This document shows, piece after piece, positions 13,441 through 25,500 of a DNA stretch of 64,000 nt. Position 1 is the stretch's first letter, and each line of letters starts with the position of its first letter. A program made the position numbers and the translations under genes. This DNA comes from Antedon mediterranea (Eukaryota > Animalia > Echinodermata). The stretch lies in contig NC_092672.1 in NCBI RefSeq assembly GCF_964355755.1, positions 33,796,437 to 33,860,436 on the forward strand, read 5' to 3'. The notes below the pieces were generated by a model that worked only from the letters and a program-made list of their open reading frames with translations, had not been told where the DNA came from and ran no database searches.

Positions 13441-15503
13441 TGCACTGTAAACTAGTATATTGTACCAAAAAATGGTTGTGATTTTGATAGCTTTTAGAAA
13501 ATGAAACTTTTTGAAATGATGTTTTTGTTAATATTATTATAAACAAATGGCCGGCACTTATTGTAAATTTGTTTTTAGCAACTTTAGTTTACAAAGAGAA
13601 GTTTACACTAGTTTAAACTGGGTTCAACTGGATTACACTGGCAATAGATAGTATTTTAGCCTGTAGTTGAGTTTGTCAAAGCTGTTGTTCCTGTACTGTA
13701 CCATGATGTACATTGTGTAGACCTCCAGAATCACCTGACTACAAAGACTCTGATTTGATTGGCTGAACATCAGCATAGGATGACCTCTGCAAACTAGTTT
13801 TCTCGTCTGTTCTCTGGTCTGGTCTACTCTGACAAACTTGTTCTTGCTAAACATAAAAGTTTGCTCACATTTTTAAACAAACTTGTTAGTAGATTAGGCT
13901 AATCCAGTTATGTTTGTCTTTTATTTTAATGACCTGACAAAAAACACAAACGTTTTATGCTCTACTAACAGTATTTGTTTTATAATTTGTATGTGGAATG
14001 CGATTCAAGGCGACTTTTCAGATGATAACCATTAGCCTACAGATCGTTATAGGTCGTATGAATAGGATCGCATAAATGATCAATAACTATTGTTAATATA
14101 AGAAATAAAAGTGAACAACTTCTATATTCAATTAAAAGCACGTCTTTGTTGATTTTTATTGCTCATAAAAAAACAAAATCGATGGTATGTACAATTGTGC
14201 TTTAGGTGATTTTATGTGATTTCGACTCGATGTGAACGAATGCTTATTGTTTCGAATCCATCTGAACACACGTCTCTTTGGTATGAAAGAAATAATACAT
14301 CAATAGAATCGATTATTGTTTTATATTAAGTTATAAACAATGTTATTGAAATTGCATATTTCAGCCACTTAGGAGGCAGACGAAGTAATAGTGAAAGATA
14401 AATCTATCATATAGATACTACCGTGAGTCGCAAACAGCAAATGCAAAATATAGCTATCTACAACGGATTGACAGTTTATCATCGAGGAAGCTTGAAATGA
14501 CAACAGAAACTTGTAACCCGGTCTTCTCAACTGCCAAGATCACAATCATGTGTACCTTTGCTTTGTTGTTACCTTGGTCCGACGCGTATATGGAATGTGA
14601 TATTAAACCTCCACAAACGTCACCTTATCACTTCTACGGACACGCTAACACAGCAATGTCAAACGAACTTGGCAAATACAATGCAACGCAATACGAGTGT
14701 ATGCAGCTTTGTCGAAAGGATGCACGTTGCCTAGCTTTTACGTACGCTGCTGATACGCAAGAGTGCGCGACGTTTGATCGAGATAGCGTCACTGGACCGG
14801 AACACATGGAGACGGTATCTGGTGTCTGGTTTTATGACATGCGACAAAAAGATTTTACTCGGGTGAGATTCAATGAATGATTATTTGTTTAACACTTGTC
14901 ACCAATTCAACCATGAAAGTCTAGCATGAGTGGTGGCAGGCAACGTTTCTTTTTTTTTTACCCGAGTGTAGTAGTGGTAATGATTTTAACCCACGAATCT
15001 GGAAAGCAGGCAAGTTACATGATTTGTGCCTAAAAATGAAAACTTGAAGTAATGAAAATGTCATAATTATTGTTTTCATTAATATTTCTCTCCTAAATTA
15101 AACCGTGAATTTATGAGTTACCAAAACTTGTTCCAAGTGTAGACGCACACAGGACTTAACGCAAGCAAAAATGTTTACAGCTGAACCAACATTATGTTAA
15201 GCTCTATCTACACTATCGACAAACGCATACCATTTTAAAATGAAATATCTGAAATAAAGTCGATTTTTTTTTAGTGACGGTATTACTGAAACACCAACAA
15301 AGGTATACAGGTACAACAACACTAACGAATTGTATGACCATTACCAAGATTTGTCTGGAACAAGTGATGTACGAGATATCGAGAATTTTATAATTAATGG
15401 ACAACTATATATGTTTGTCGCCAACTTTAAAACACATGGTATCGCCGATTCTAACAACAGAAATTCTTACGTTTACAAACTCAACCTACAAACAATTCAA
15501 GGT

Positions 15504-15834
15504 ATTTTTTTTTTATTAATTATAGTTTTATTTATTCTATTCAATCGAAACCAACAGCGATGATTACCGCCACTAACAGGTTTGATACAAACAAAGCCAG
15601 GACTGTTAAGCACCATGATTGGTCCAGGGTCCACCTTGACCAGAGGTCTGAGGCAGATACTAGATGCAGGGGCTGCCATAAGAGTCAGCAGTGCTGATTT
15701 GAAATGCCTAACGGGACCCCAGCGCCGTATACAGCACCCGCTATTCCCAGATGGTCTCCCATCCAAGCTCTAACCAGGCCCAACGTTGCATAACTTCGGT
15801 GATCTGACGAGAACCGGTGTTTCAACGTGGTAGT
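15504..15834 (-). mobile_element. 5S rRNA-derived SINE-like element (SINE3 type) in an intron of B
   Basis: Minus strand reads taccacgttgaaacaccggttctcgtcagatcaccgaagttatgcaacgttgggcctggttagagcttggatgggagaccatctgggaatagcgggtgctgta (5S-like, 15730-15834), then a ~190-nt unrelated body and an A-rich tail (aataaataaaactataattaataaaaaaaaa). Confidence 0.75.
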
Positions 15835-16545
15835 TATTGAATTTAGTTTGTTTTGATATTTAATACAATTACCATTTGCATATAATTTGCATATAATTTG
15901 TATATAATAAAATTGTGTTTGCTCTGAGACACAAATACAAAATACACAATGCAGATTAAAATTATCTCGATAAGGTCAAATTGTTACAACTAGTCTGGGT
16001 TCTAGAACGAAATTAGTAGCAAGATAAATATTTTGGTGCATATGGCGTTTCATACGTATAATACATGAGCTCGTATTCAGAAAAAACGCCGACTGGTGGA
16101 CTAACAAAAAAAAACAATAGCTACAGACTTGGGGCAATTCTACGTTACAACGTTCAGTACCCCAAATAATAGCTGGAGAATATATTGCAGGACCTGCAGG
16201 ACACATTTCCACAAGGACGAAGAACCGGTAAATCTTCATTCCCATTAGAAGTAATTCAAGCGTGGTTCCCACTAACGCAAGGCAACGCAATCTACGCAAC
16301 GTAAGAAAATGCCGTTCCAATGTGTTTGCCCCGCCTAGGTGGAATCAAACTGATTCAATTTCCTGCTGCGTGCGAGTTGCGTTTAAGCGCAGCGGGAACA
16401 AGGCATCAGAGATGCAACCGTCGTAAGCGTCAATTCGCTTGCGTAGAGATTACGTCGTTGCGTTACGTCCCTAGTAGAAACCAAACTTGGCCTTGTTCCC
16501 ACTAAAGAGGAAATGCAAGAACGTAGACGCAAGCAAGTTGACTAA

Positions 16546-16724
16546 AGCGTGGTTCCCACTAGCGACGCAACGCAAGGACGTAACGCAACGCAAGTGAATT
16601 GACCAATCACAAGCGATGGCTTATTCGCTTGTGATTGCTAACTGTCTATAACTTCGCTTGTCATTGGTTAAAACGCTTGCGTTGCCTTTACGTCCTTGCG
16701 TTACGTTCTAGTGGGAACCAAGCT
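16546..16724. mobile_element. MITE family 1 (PIF/Harbinger-like), full copy
   Basis: TIRs agc(g/t)tggttcccactag, flanks TAA/TTA. Related sequence at 16258-16545, 24505-24620, 43825-43960, 62760-62900. Confidence 0.75.
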
Positions 16725-17540
16725 TTAGGACAAGTGACAGTTGATTCATCGATAGTGATTGGTCAGCTCGCTTGTGTTGAGCTTACGCGCATCTCATCAT
16801 GTTTTATTTCAGGTTTATTCGAACAGCATCAAACTATTTTAACACAGGCTGCCGTCTATGCGTCATACGTACAATGGGCAACACACCATTATCTACTTGT
16901 GGTTAACCAATACAATGGGACGTCCTATGACGTCAACTCAAAAGTGTATCAATGGGATTTTGCCAGTAACCTCTTCGTAGAGTATGCGCAGCTACCGAGT
17001 CATTACGCTAACGGTGGTGAACTATTCTCAATGGATGGTGTATTATACGCGGCAATCGCAAACTATGACGAAACCACGAATGGCTACGCGGTCAAAGCTG
17101 AGGTTTGGCAAATAACAGAACAAAGTAAGTACAAGAATAATTTTAATTTCACATTTATCAAATTTAATGCGAACACCCTTTATATATCAAGGAAGCCCTT
17201 TTTGTTCGCTTTCCACTATTAAGCGCCAACCAATCGTAAATTAGGATTCCTGGATAAAGTAGAAATATTTAATCAGTATCAATAAATGCAAATAATACAT
17301 TACAGTCCGTTCCTAATTATGAACACTAAAGCTATATTGGAATACACATCGTGTCGTCATCAGAGTACAATCATCATTCGTGTGCAAAAATAAAATATGA
17401 CGTCACGGTTTCCAGTTTATTATTGATTGGAGTATACCGTTGTGAATTTCTTATTTGATGTTGATTATCGATTATTGATTTTCAACTAAAGAAGATGGAA
17501 TTGCGATAATAATTCAAAGGGTATCATGTGTTTTGTTTAG

Positions 17541-17813
17541 GAGTTTATGAAGGTTGTTTTGTAGACGCCAGTACCAGAGCATTGTCAGACGCGTCTACCT
17601 CTAGTGGAAGCATGGCAATTGAGTACTGTGTAAAGTATTGCTCTGACCAAGGAACTCCTTATGCTGGATTACAATTTGGATCAAACTGCTTTTGTGGAAC
17701 GACGTACTCGAAGTACGGAGAACGACGTCCTGAAAGTGAATGTTATTCGGTCTGTGCAGGAAATCCGCTAGAAAGGTGTGGTGGTGGCTGGAGAAATTCA
17801 GTATACAAAACAG
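17541..17813 (+). CDS. WSC domain cassette exon of paralogue B (phase 1-1, 273 nt)
   Basis: YEGCFVD..RAL..MAIEYCVKYC..YAGLQFGSNCFCG..ECYSVCAGNPLERCGGGWRNSVY. Confidence 0.85.
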
Positions 17814-20800
17814 GTATTCGAGAAGACAAGAAAAATCACCTATTGCATAATGATGATTGAGTTTATGTAATAATAAACACTTGATCCAAGTTTAAAACCA
17901 GTCATTGTTTACAGTTACTAAAAGTGTTATCACATCAAATATGAGAGGAAGGAAAAGTTTAATTGAGAGAAAGGTTAACTTCCTCTCCCAGTGTGTCCAC
18001 ATTGCATCATTTAGCCTAGTCATCACACAGTTTTTCGAAGACTTTCTTCTTAAATATCTCATTAATTTCCTTCCCACATTCTTATGCTCTGACTCGACTC
18101 CACTATCAAACTTTATGTGACAAAATTAATGTTACGAGCCCATATATGGACATAATGATGTGATGATTAATGATTTGGGCATCACTAACATATTTGGTTT
18201 ACATCACACTTGTTTTGTCAAATTAATTTGACAGTGTATTCAGAGCTTTAGGTATAATTTGTCTTTGTTTTTGAAAAGTTGTAATTCATGTTTTTTGACA
18301 CTCGTTTTATAAAGACTACATCATTTACATATCGAATACATATGACAAACTACAGCAGTTTTATTCGATCAAATAAATGCAATTTGACTTTTCAGGCGGT
18401 GGTCTTGAACTAGTACAGTCGCTGGACGAATCGAACGCTGGCTCAACAGGAATCGACATTTTCACAAATGACGGACATACTTACTTAGTAGTTGTGAATC
18501 ATTATAACTGTATACAGAACACAATAGTGTACATATGGGACAAATCGACTGATGAATTTAAAATTCATCAACGTATTCCTGTGAAGCATTGTCCCACTAG
18601 ATCTACCATTTTCAAGGTAAGTGTGATTGTGCCCGATCCCCATCGTGCCTATTATACATTTTCAATTGTTCGTGCTACAGCTGAAAAAAAAATGACCCAG
18701 GTCAAGTGGGCTGAAGTACTCAACAGCTTGAAATTGCTCATTGCAAATTTTGGAAATTTGCAGATTTGCCAAAATGTGCTTTGAAGAAATGAGATTTACG
18801 GGCATTAAAATAAGTTAAAGTGTAAAGATTCGTCTACACTATCAAACTAGTTTGACAGAAAAAGAGTGATGTGCCTAAATGTGGTAATGATATGACATCA
18901 TGTCTATATAGGGACACATCACAATTGTTTTCGCCAAAGTTTGATAGTATAGACAGAACCTAACGCAATTAAACTGCCTCTTTCGGGTTGCTTTTTGTTG
19001 ATCTATCTCTTAATTTGCCTTTTTTGTTTTATTAAATTATATCTTTCAACTATCTGATAACGTTGTTTATTTTCAGGTCGGAGGAGAAATATTTATGGTA
19101 TTACTCACTATAAGAACGGAATGGAGCAACGTCGATAACGTCGACGATATTGAGTTCTATACTACGTCATCGACGATATTTAAACTTGAGGGCAGTATGT
19201 TCGTAACATACGGATCCATAACGTCACATGAATGTTACTTCATTTCTTTTTTTGAGCGAGATGGGGAGTACTTTTTAGGTCAGTCGAATCAACGAAATGG
19301 CAATGATGGAAGCAAAACTGATCCAAGTTTTAACATTTACCAATGGGTGTAGAAGACTACCATGTCAAGTCTGTGATTCACTGAGTTAAGTCAATGCACT
19401 CATAATATTACTGTACTGATACTAACATAATTTCAAAACTTGCACTAAATTCTGTAATCGCACGATTGTTTTTCGTTTCTTAAAAGTACCTTGTTGTGAT
19501 GGCGCTAGTTACAATCCATTATGCGTGATTGACTAATAGAATTAAGTAATGCTTTAACGTCATACATATGGAGAGATACTTGTACTCGTGGTTCACTGTG
19601 AGTACGAGAGTCTGGTAGTACGTCATACTATTAGATATGGATGTTGTAAATACTGTGCGAATGAATTAAGCTATCGTTTTGTACATCAGACTACAAATAT
19701 TATTGACCGAAATGAATGAATCAAAGTTTGATGGCGCTAGATATACTTCGTAATGCACAAACGGTTAAGTAATTATTGTAATTCTTTTTAATGTTATTCA
19801 ATGGAATTGTTTGTGTTATATATTGAACACTGATAAATAGTTTGCATGGGGTAATTGGTCTTGCAAACCAAACCTTATCCAAACCGACCTAAATCAAAGT
19901 TTAGGGATTCCTGCAGACAGGACCACAATGTAAAACAGATACACTGTTATCTGATTGTTTCATCCTGTTTAAATATATTATTTATGACAGTATTACACGA
20001 GTAATCAAAATACGGTGTTGTTTTGTAATTTCTGGTACCGGTTGATCGGTAAAGGTTATGACTTGTAATATGACATCTCCCTGGTTTATGTAAATAAAGT
20101 ACGAATGAATTTAACTTGTTCTTACACATTTACACAAAAGAAAATGTATTTGGTATTACCAGTATAACTTTGTCACGAAACATGGCGACTTGAAAGCGAG
20201 TGACTGGCCAGGCGATTTAAGATATCTTTCGAGACGAGTAGGGGGGGGGGGGGTGACCCCGGATTACTAGTATATGCCTACACACAGCCACTGCCACTCA
20301 CATCCATTCATCTATAGGGAGCCACACGCGCTTCAGGCGACAGTGGGTGTTCTGTTATTGCAACTCGGCCTACTGAAAAATACAAGAAAAATAAAATTTC
20401 AATATTACGTGAAAATATTTACATAATACATTTATTGATTGATCACTTTAATTCAGAATAAATATTTCACATACAACAAACAATACAAAACGGAAAATCA
20501 CACTAAAATAGGATCTTCTCCCATTTAGTAAAGATATTTAAAGATCGTAACAGATAGTTCGTAGTACACCTAACAAGATCATGTTCACTATTAAAAACTC
20601 TTATTCTAAAATCATAGACGCAATTGCGTACATGCTCGTAAAAAGAGGATATTCTCCTTATAAAATTGTAGTTATATAGTTATAGTTACATTATGTAACG
20701 GTCGTCGCATTATTATTTTATTTAAAGCTAAAAGTATATTAACTTTAGTGTTTTAATTTATTTTACCCTAGACCAACATCGTTGTTTATTCCGTTACGAC

Positions 20801-21346
20801 AGTTACCGCATGCTAATTCAAGTTTTAATTAAAACTCAAATGTTAAATATAGGTTAAATAGGCCTATAACGTGCACATATTGCGTGAGCATCATCATTAT
20901 ATGATGTAAACTTTTTTAATGTATTTCACCGTAGCCCTACATCGTTGTTTACACCGTTCCGATGGTTACCGCATGATAATTTAATGTAAGTTTCAAATAT
21001 GATCATATTATAGTTCATGTGACACTGTCGGTACTAATTTTGTTTTGTGTTGAAACCTATTGTTGTTTATATTTAATTTCCGTTGTGACAGAATTACAGC
21101 TCATACTGTTTTTCATTCACGTTCTTGATATTGGAAAATAATGATTAAAATGCATAATTAACAATTTTAATCGATTATAGGTATAAACGTAATAGAATAA
21201 GTATTTTGAAATAAGGTAGCAAGTTACAGTTGAGAAAAGAGTTTGGAAGTATTGACATTGCGAAAGTTTGAATGTTAATCGCTAACGAAGTAGTGTTGAT
21301 TTCTACCTACTTTCAAGAGGAATGAAAATTGTAAAGAAACTTGAGG

Positions 21347-22001
21347 ATGCGCGCCACTATTATTACAGCGATCACGTGTATCACAGCTTTGACGTTAACT
21401 AGTAGTTGTGATGCCTATGTGGAATGTGATATCAAGCCACCAGAAACGTCACCTTCTCACTTCTACGGACACGCGAACACAGCAATGTCAAACGAACTTG
21501 GCAAATACAAGGCAACGCAATACGAGTGTATGCAGCTTTGTCGAAAGGACGCACGTTGCCTAGCTTTTACGTACGCTGCTGATACACAAGAGTGCGCGAC
21601 GTTTGATCGGGATAGCGTCACTGGACCGCAATACATGAAGACGGTGTCTGGTGTCTGGTTCTATGACATGCGACGAAAGAGAAAAGATTTTACTCGGGTA
21701 AGATTAAAGCATTATTTGCTTGAATTGTATTAATTGTAGGCTGTATTTGTCAATCTTATGATTTATTTGCAAGTTGTGGTATTGAATCAAAACTGCACTG
21801 TAAATGTTTCGTTTGTATAGAGTTACCTCGGAAGATGCCAACAAAACAACAAATGCGTTAACGGAGGCTCGAGTATCAATGATTGCTCAGAACAAGGATA
21901 CAGCTGCGCATGCCCCGTACAATTTTATGGGAAATTTTGCGAACACAGTAAGTACAAATCTAGAAAGCAGCAACTCCGGGAGTGCGTACCCCCGCCTGCT
22001 G

Positions 22002-22086
<85 letters not shown>

Positions 22087-22518
22087 CATACTGTAAATTA
22101 TAGAAACAGTGCTCATATTCGGAACATGATCTCATAATCGCGTCGAGCATAGCTCATTGGCGAAAGTTCCGTATTTTTTAGTTGTATGAAAAAATGTCTC
22201 TGGCGGGATTCGAACTGGCGTTTGTTGTATGAGAGAATGTATCTGGTGGGTGAAAATCTGTGATAATACCATACATGGCTCTGTGGTCTAGTGGTATGAT
22301 ACTCGCCCTGTAAGCGAGAGGTTGCAGGTTCGAATCCCGCCAGAGACATTTTTTCATACAACTAAAAAATACGGAACTTTCGCCAATGAGCTATGCTCGA
22401 CGCGATTATGAGATCGTGTTCCGAATATGAGCACTGTTTCTATAATTTACAGTATGATTTATATATAATTTACACAGTGCTACGCAACATCATTGATATA
22501 TATATATATATATATATA

Positions 22519-22571
<53 letters not shown>

Positions 22572-25500
22572 GTGTGTGCCTTAATGCTGTGTGTGATTTA
22601 GGCTAATTTTCACTACAAGCATTATGTATGTGAGTTTGGTGTAAAGGTTATGTAACCAGTCTTTCAACTATCAATAGTTTCAGTTGACTAACAACAGGAA
22701 AGCCAAAAACAAACGGGTGAATTTGAAAAGAAATGTGTTTTTTTTAACTACTCGTATCAAAAAGCATGTACAACAAATCAAATTATGTTTTAAAATTACA
22801 AATCACAAATTATAACGCTTGCTTCTTGTACAAAAATGAAGTTTTTTAAGACAATTTGTTCTCGAGAAATTACTTTAAGACTGCTCGCCGGCTTTTGAAA
22901 ATTCTTTCTTATCTTTTAACACTAGCATGTCTAAAGATCCTGCAATAACTTGTTGAGTAATCCTGCTAACAAACAGACAAACAAATGAAAGCACTCAGAA
23001 ACTGAGTGAAGTACTTGGCAAAATACATCGACTGATAGGGAGCATGTTGAAAGATACATTTTTTGCTTTAAGTATTAGCTTTACACGGTTTAAATCCTGC
23101 TGGGATTAATATTTTTAATACAAACAAACTCCGGAATTGCAACAATGACATTTCTAAAATCAAGATTGACCAGAATAATCGTTGAGGAGGAGTGTCTTGA
23201 AGCTGTGCCGATTTGCCGCGCCCCTGCCTTAACCCATGTAGTAAGCTTAACCCATGGAGCTATAAGCTTAACCGGTCGGCCAGTCGACTAATATTTTGGT
23301 CCATTTCAAAGAATATGTACATATAAAAAAATACAGAGTGTGCTATTTAATATATCGATAGAAGATAAGCTTTTGTGACATGACCAATATATCAATTTTC
23401 GTGAAAATCAATAGGCATGTTCTGACAGTAAGTATATACCTATGCAGAGAATGAAATACAAATATTGACACATGTGTTGGTACTAAAAAAACTAATTATC
23501 AACTAACAATAGTCTCATTTGACTAACACTGGAACAGCAACGCGAAAAACAAGCGGGTGGATTTTAAAAGAAATACCTTTTTTAAAACTACTCGTATTAA
23601 AAAGCCGTATTACAAATAACAAATTATTACTCTCGAGAAAATTCAATTTCAGTTTACTTGTTACTTTAAGGCTGCTCACCGGCTTTTTGAAAATGTTCTG
23701 CCATCTTTTAACACTAGCCGGTCTGAAAATAATATCATTTTTATTATTTGTGAAGTTATTAATATATCAATTTTCTTGAATTCAAATAGCATGGTCTCAT
23801 ACCTATCTACACCGAAAAATCCAGAATGATAACTTGAGAATTGTAGGCGCTATCGTGCTAAAAAACATACATACAAACAAAGTACTTTACTTGGCAACAT
23901 TTTATTTTGTCAATTAACAAACAGACACATGCAATCGATTACATATACCTCCTTGACGGAGATAAATTACAGATCTTCTCTCCATAAAAACCATGTCCCT
24001 CTAAATGAACACCCAAATATTACCTTATTTTTTTACACAAATCAGTAAATTTATACTTTGCTTTGCTGAAAACATTTGTTAAGCGTTAACATTAACAATA
24101 ATTTTTTCAGGATTTATCCACGATTATATGTTAAAATCAAAAATTGTTGGCATATCATCAGCAAGCAATACGGCGTTCACATACAAGAACAAACATTATC
24201 TCGTGATTGGCGGATAGTAAGTATCTTGAACTCGGACAACAGGAATATATATATAACCAAAACAAAGACTCAAAGTTATTCTTTCTATCACTGTCAGTAT
24301 TAGGCCTATACTGTGCAGCCTCTGCTGTCCTGCGAGAAATGGTTCTCGAAATTCAGATTCAAGACTGTTTGAATTCTAATTAAATTCCTCTTTATATTTA
24401 TGCTTATCCGTAATCTATGTGTTATTATCGTATATGTGAGTATTATTAATATTTTACTATTATAATTACGGTAGTTGATTTTTTTTAGACGTGAAACCAT
24501 TTAAGCCAACGCAAAGACGTAGCCGTACCGTAATTAATTTGACCAATCACAAGCGATAGATTGTTCGAACTGTCGTTTGCCCTTGGTCAACTCACTTGCC
24601 TTGTGTATACGTCTTTGCATTATAAGTGAACGGTCTGGAAACGGATTAATGAGGCGAAGTGGTTCTTTTTTACATTTCAGTGACGGTGCTTGTGGAACTT
24701 CAATATACAGATACAGCAATACTAATAAACTGTATGAACATTACCAAGATTTGACTAGAACAAGTGATGTACAAACAGTTGAGAATTTTATAATAAATGG
24801 ACAACTCTATATTTTGTTTGTTGCAAACAGCAGAATAGTTTACATCTACAAATTTAACTCACAAACAGGTAAGGTACTTGCCTATTGACAAAGAATGTAT
24901 AAAAAGTGTCGTTGCTATTGATACGTCAAACGCTTTAGTTTGCAGCTCGATACAGAGGAGGTGGATAACTAAATGTATTTGTGTAATTTCAACCAGTGAA
25001 TTATAACAGAATGGAAGGACAGCCGTAGCAGACCTAACTATATATCTCATCATTGTCATTTTACCTATTATCACCCTGGCGAAGGCCTTCCCAACCTGTC
25101 CCGTGTCCGTGCAGCTCTCTCATCCAGGATATGCCAGGATATAATCTCATCTCTACATCTTGTTTGTGTCTCGTCTACTTGTTCTTGCATATTGATTGAT
25201 TGATTGAATGAATGATTGATTGATTTTGATTGATTGATATTGATTTATTGATTGATTGATATTGATTGATTATTTATTGATATATATTAATTGATTGATA
25301 TTGACTGTTATTGATCACACACTCCTTTAATTTCTCTTCTATAAAAAATATGTAATTTTATTTGTTTTAGGTTTTTTCGAACAACATCAAGCGATGGCAA
25401 CACATGCCGCATGTGATGCATCGTATTTAAAATTGACCATAAATCATTATTTACTTGTGACTAACGGAACATCATATGAAGTAAACTCAACGGTGTATAA

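Larger units (their letters stand above)
14497..19352 (+). pseudogene. Paralogue B (WSC type) lacking the EGF exon and exon 3; remaining exons open; functional status uncertain
   Basis: Exons 14497-14862 (SP-PAN), 15275-15501, 16813-17124, 17541-17813 (WSC), 18396-18616, 19077-19352. No EGF or exon-3 sequence in 14863-15274. Exon 1 ends in phase 0 and exon 4 starts in phase 2. Confidence 0.65.

Noticed and set aside
15730-15834. Functional 5S rRNA gene
   Set aside because: The 5' end is missing, there are several substitutions, no oligo-T terminator follows, and it is not in a tandem array.
21887-22150. YIYIYI-repeat ORFs
   Set aside because: Translation of a (TA)n microsatellite.
22277-22348. 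Functional tRNA-Thr(TGT)
   Set aside because: C33, mismatches in acceptor and T stems, Pro-like body, and location inside a foldback repeat; kept only as tRNA-like.
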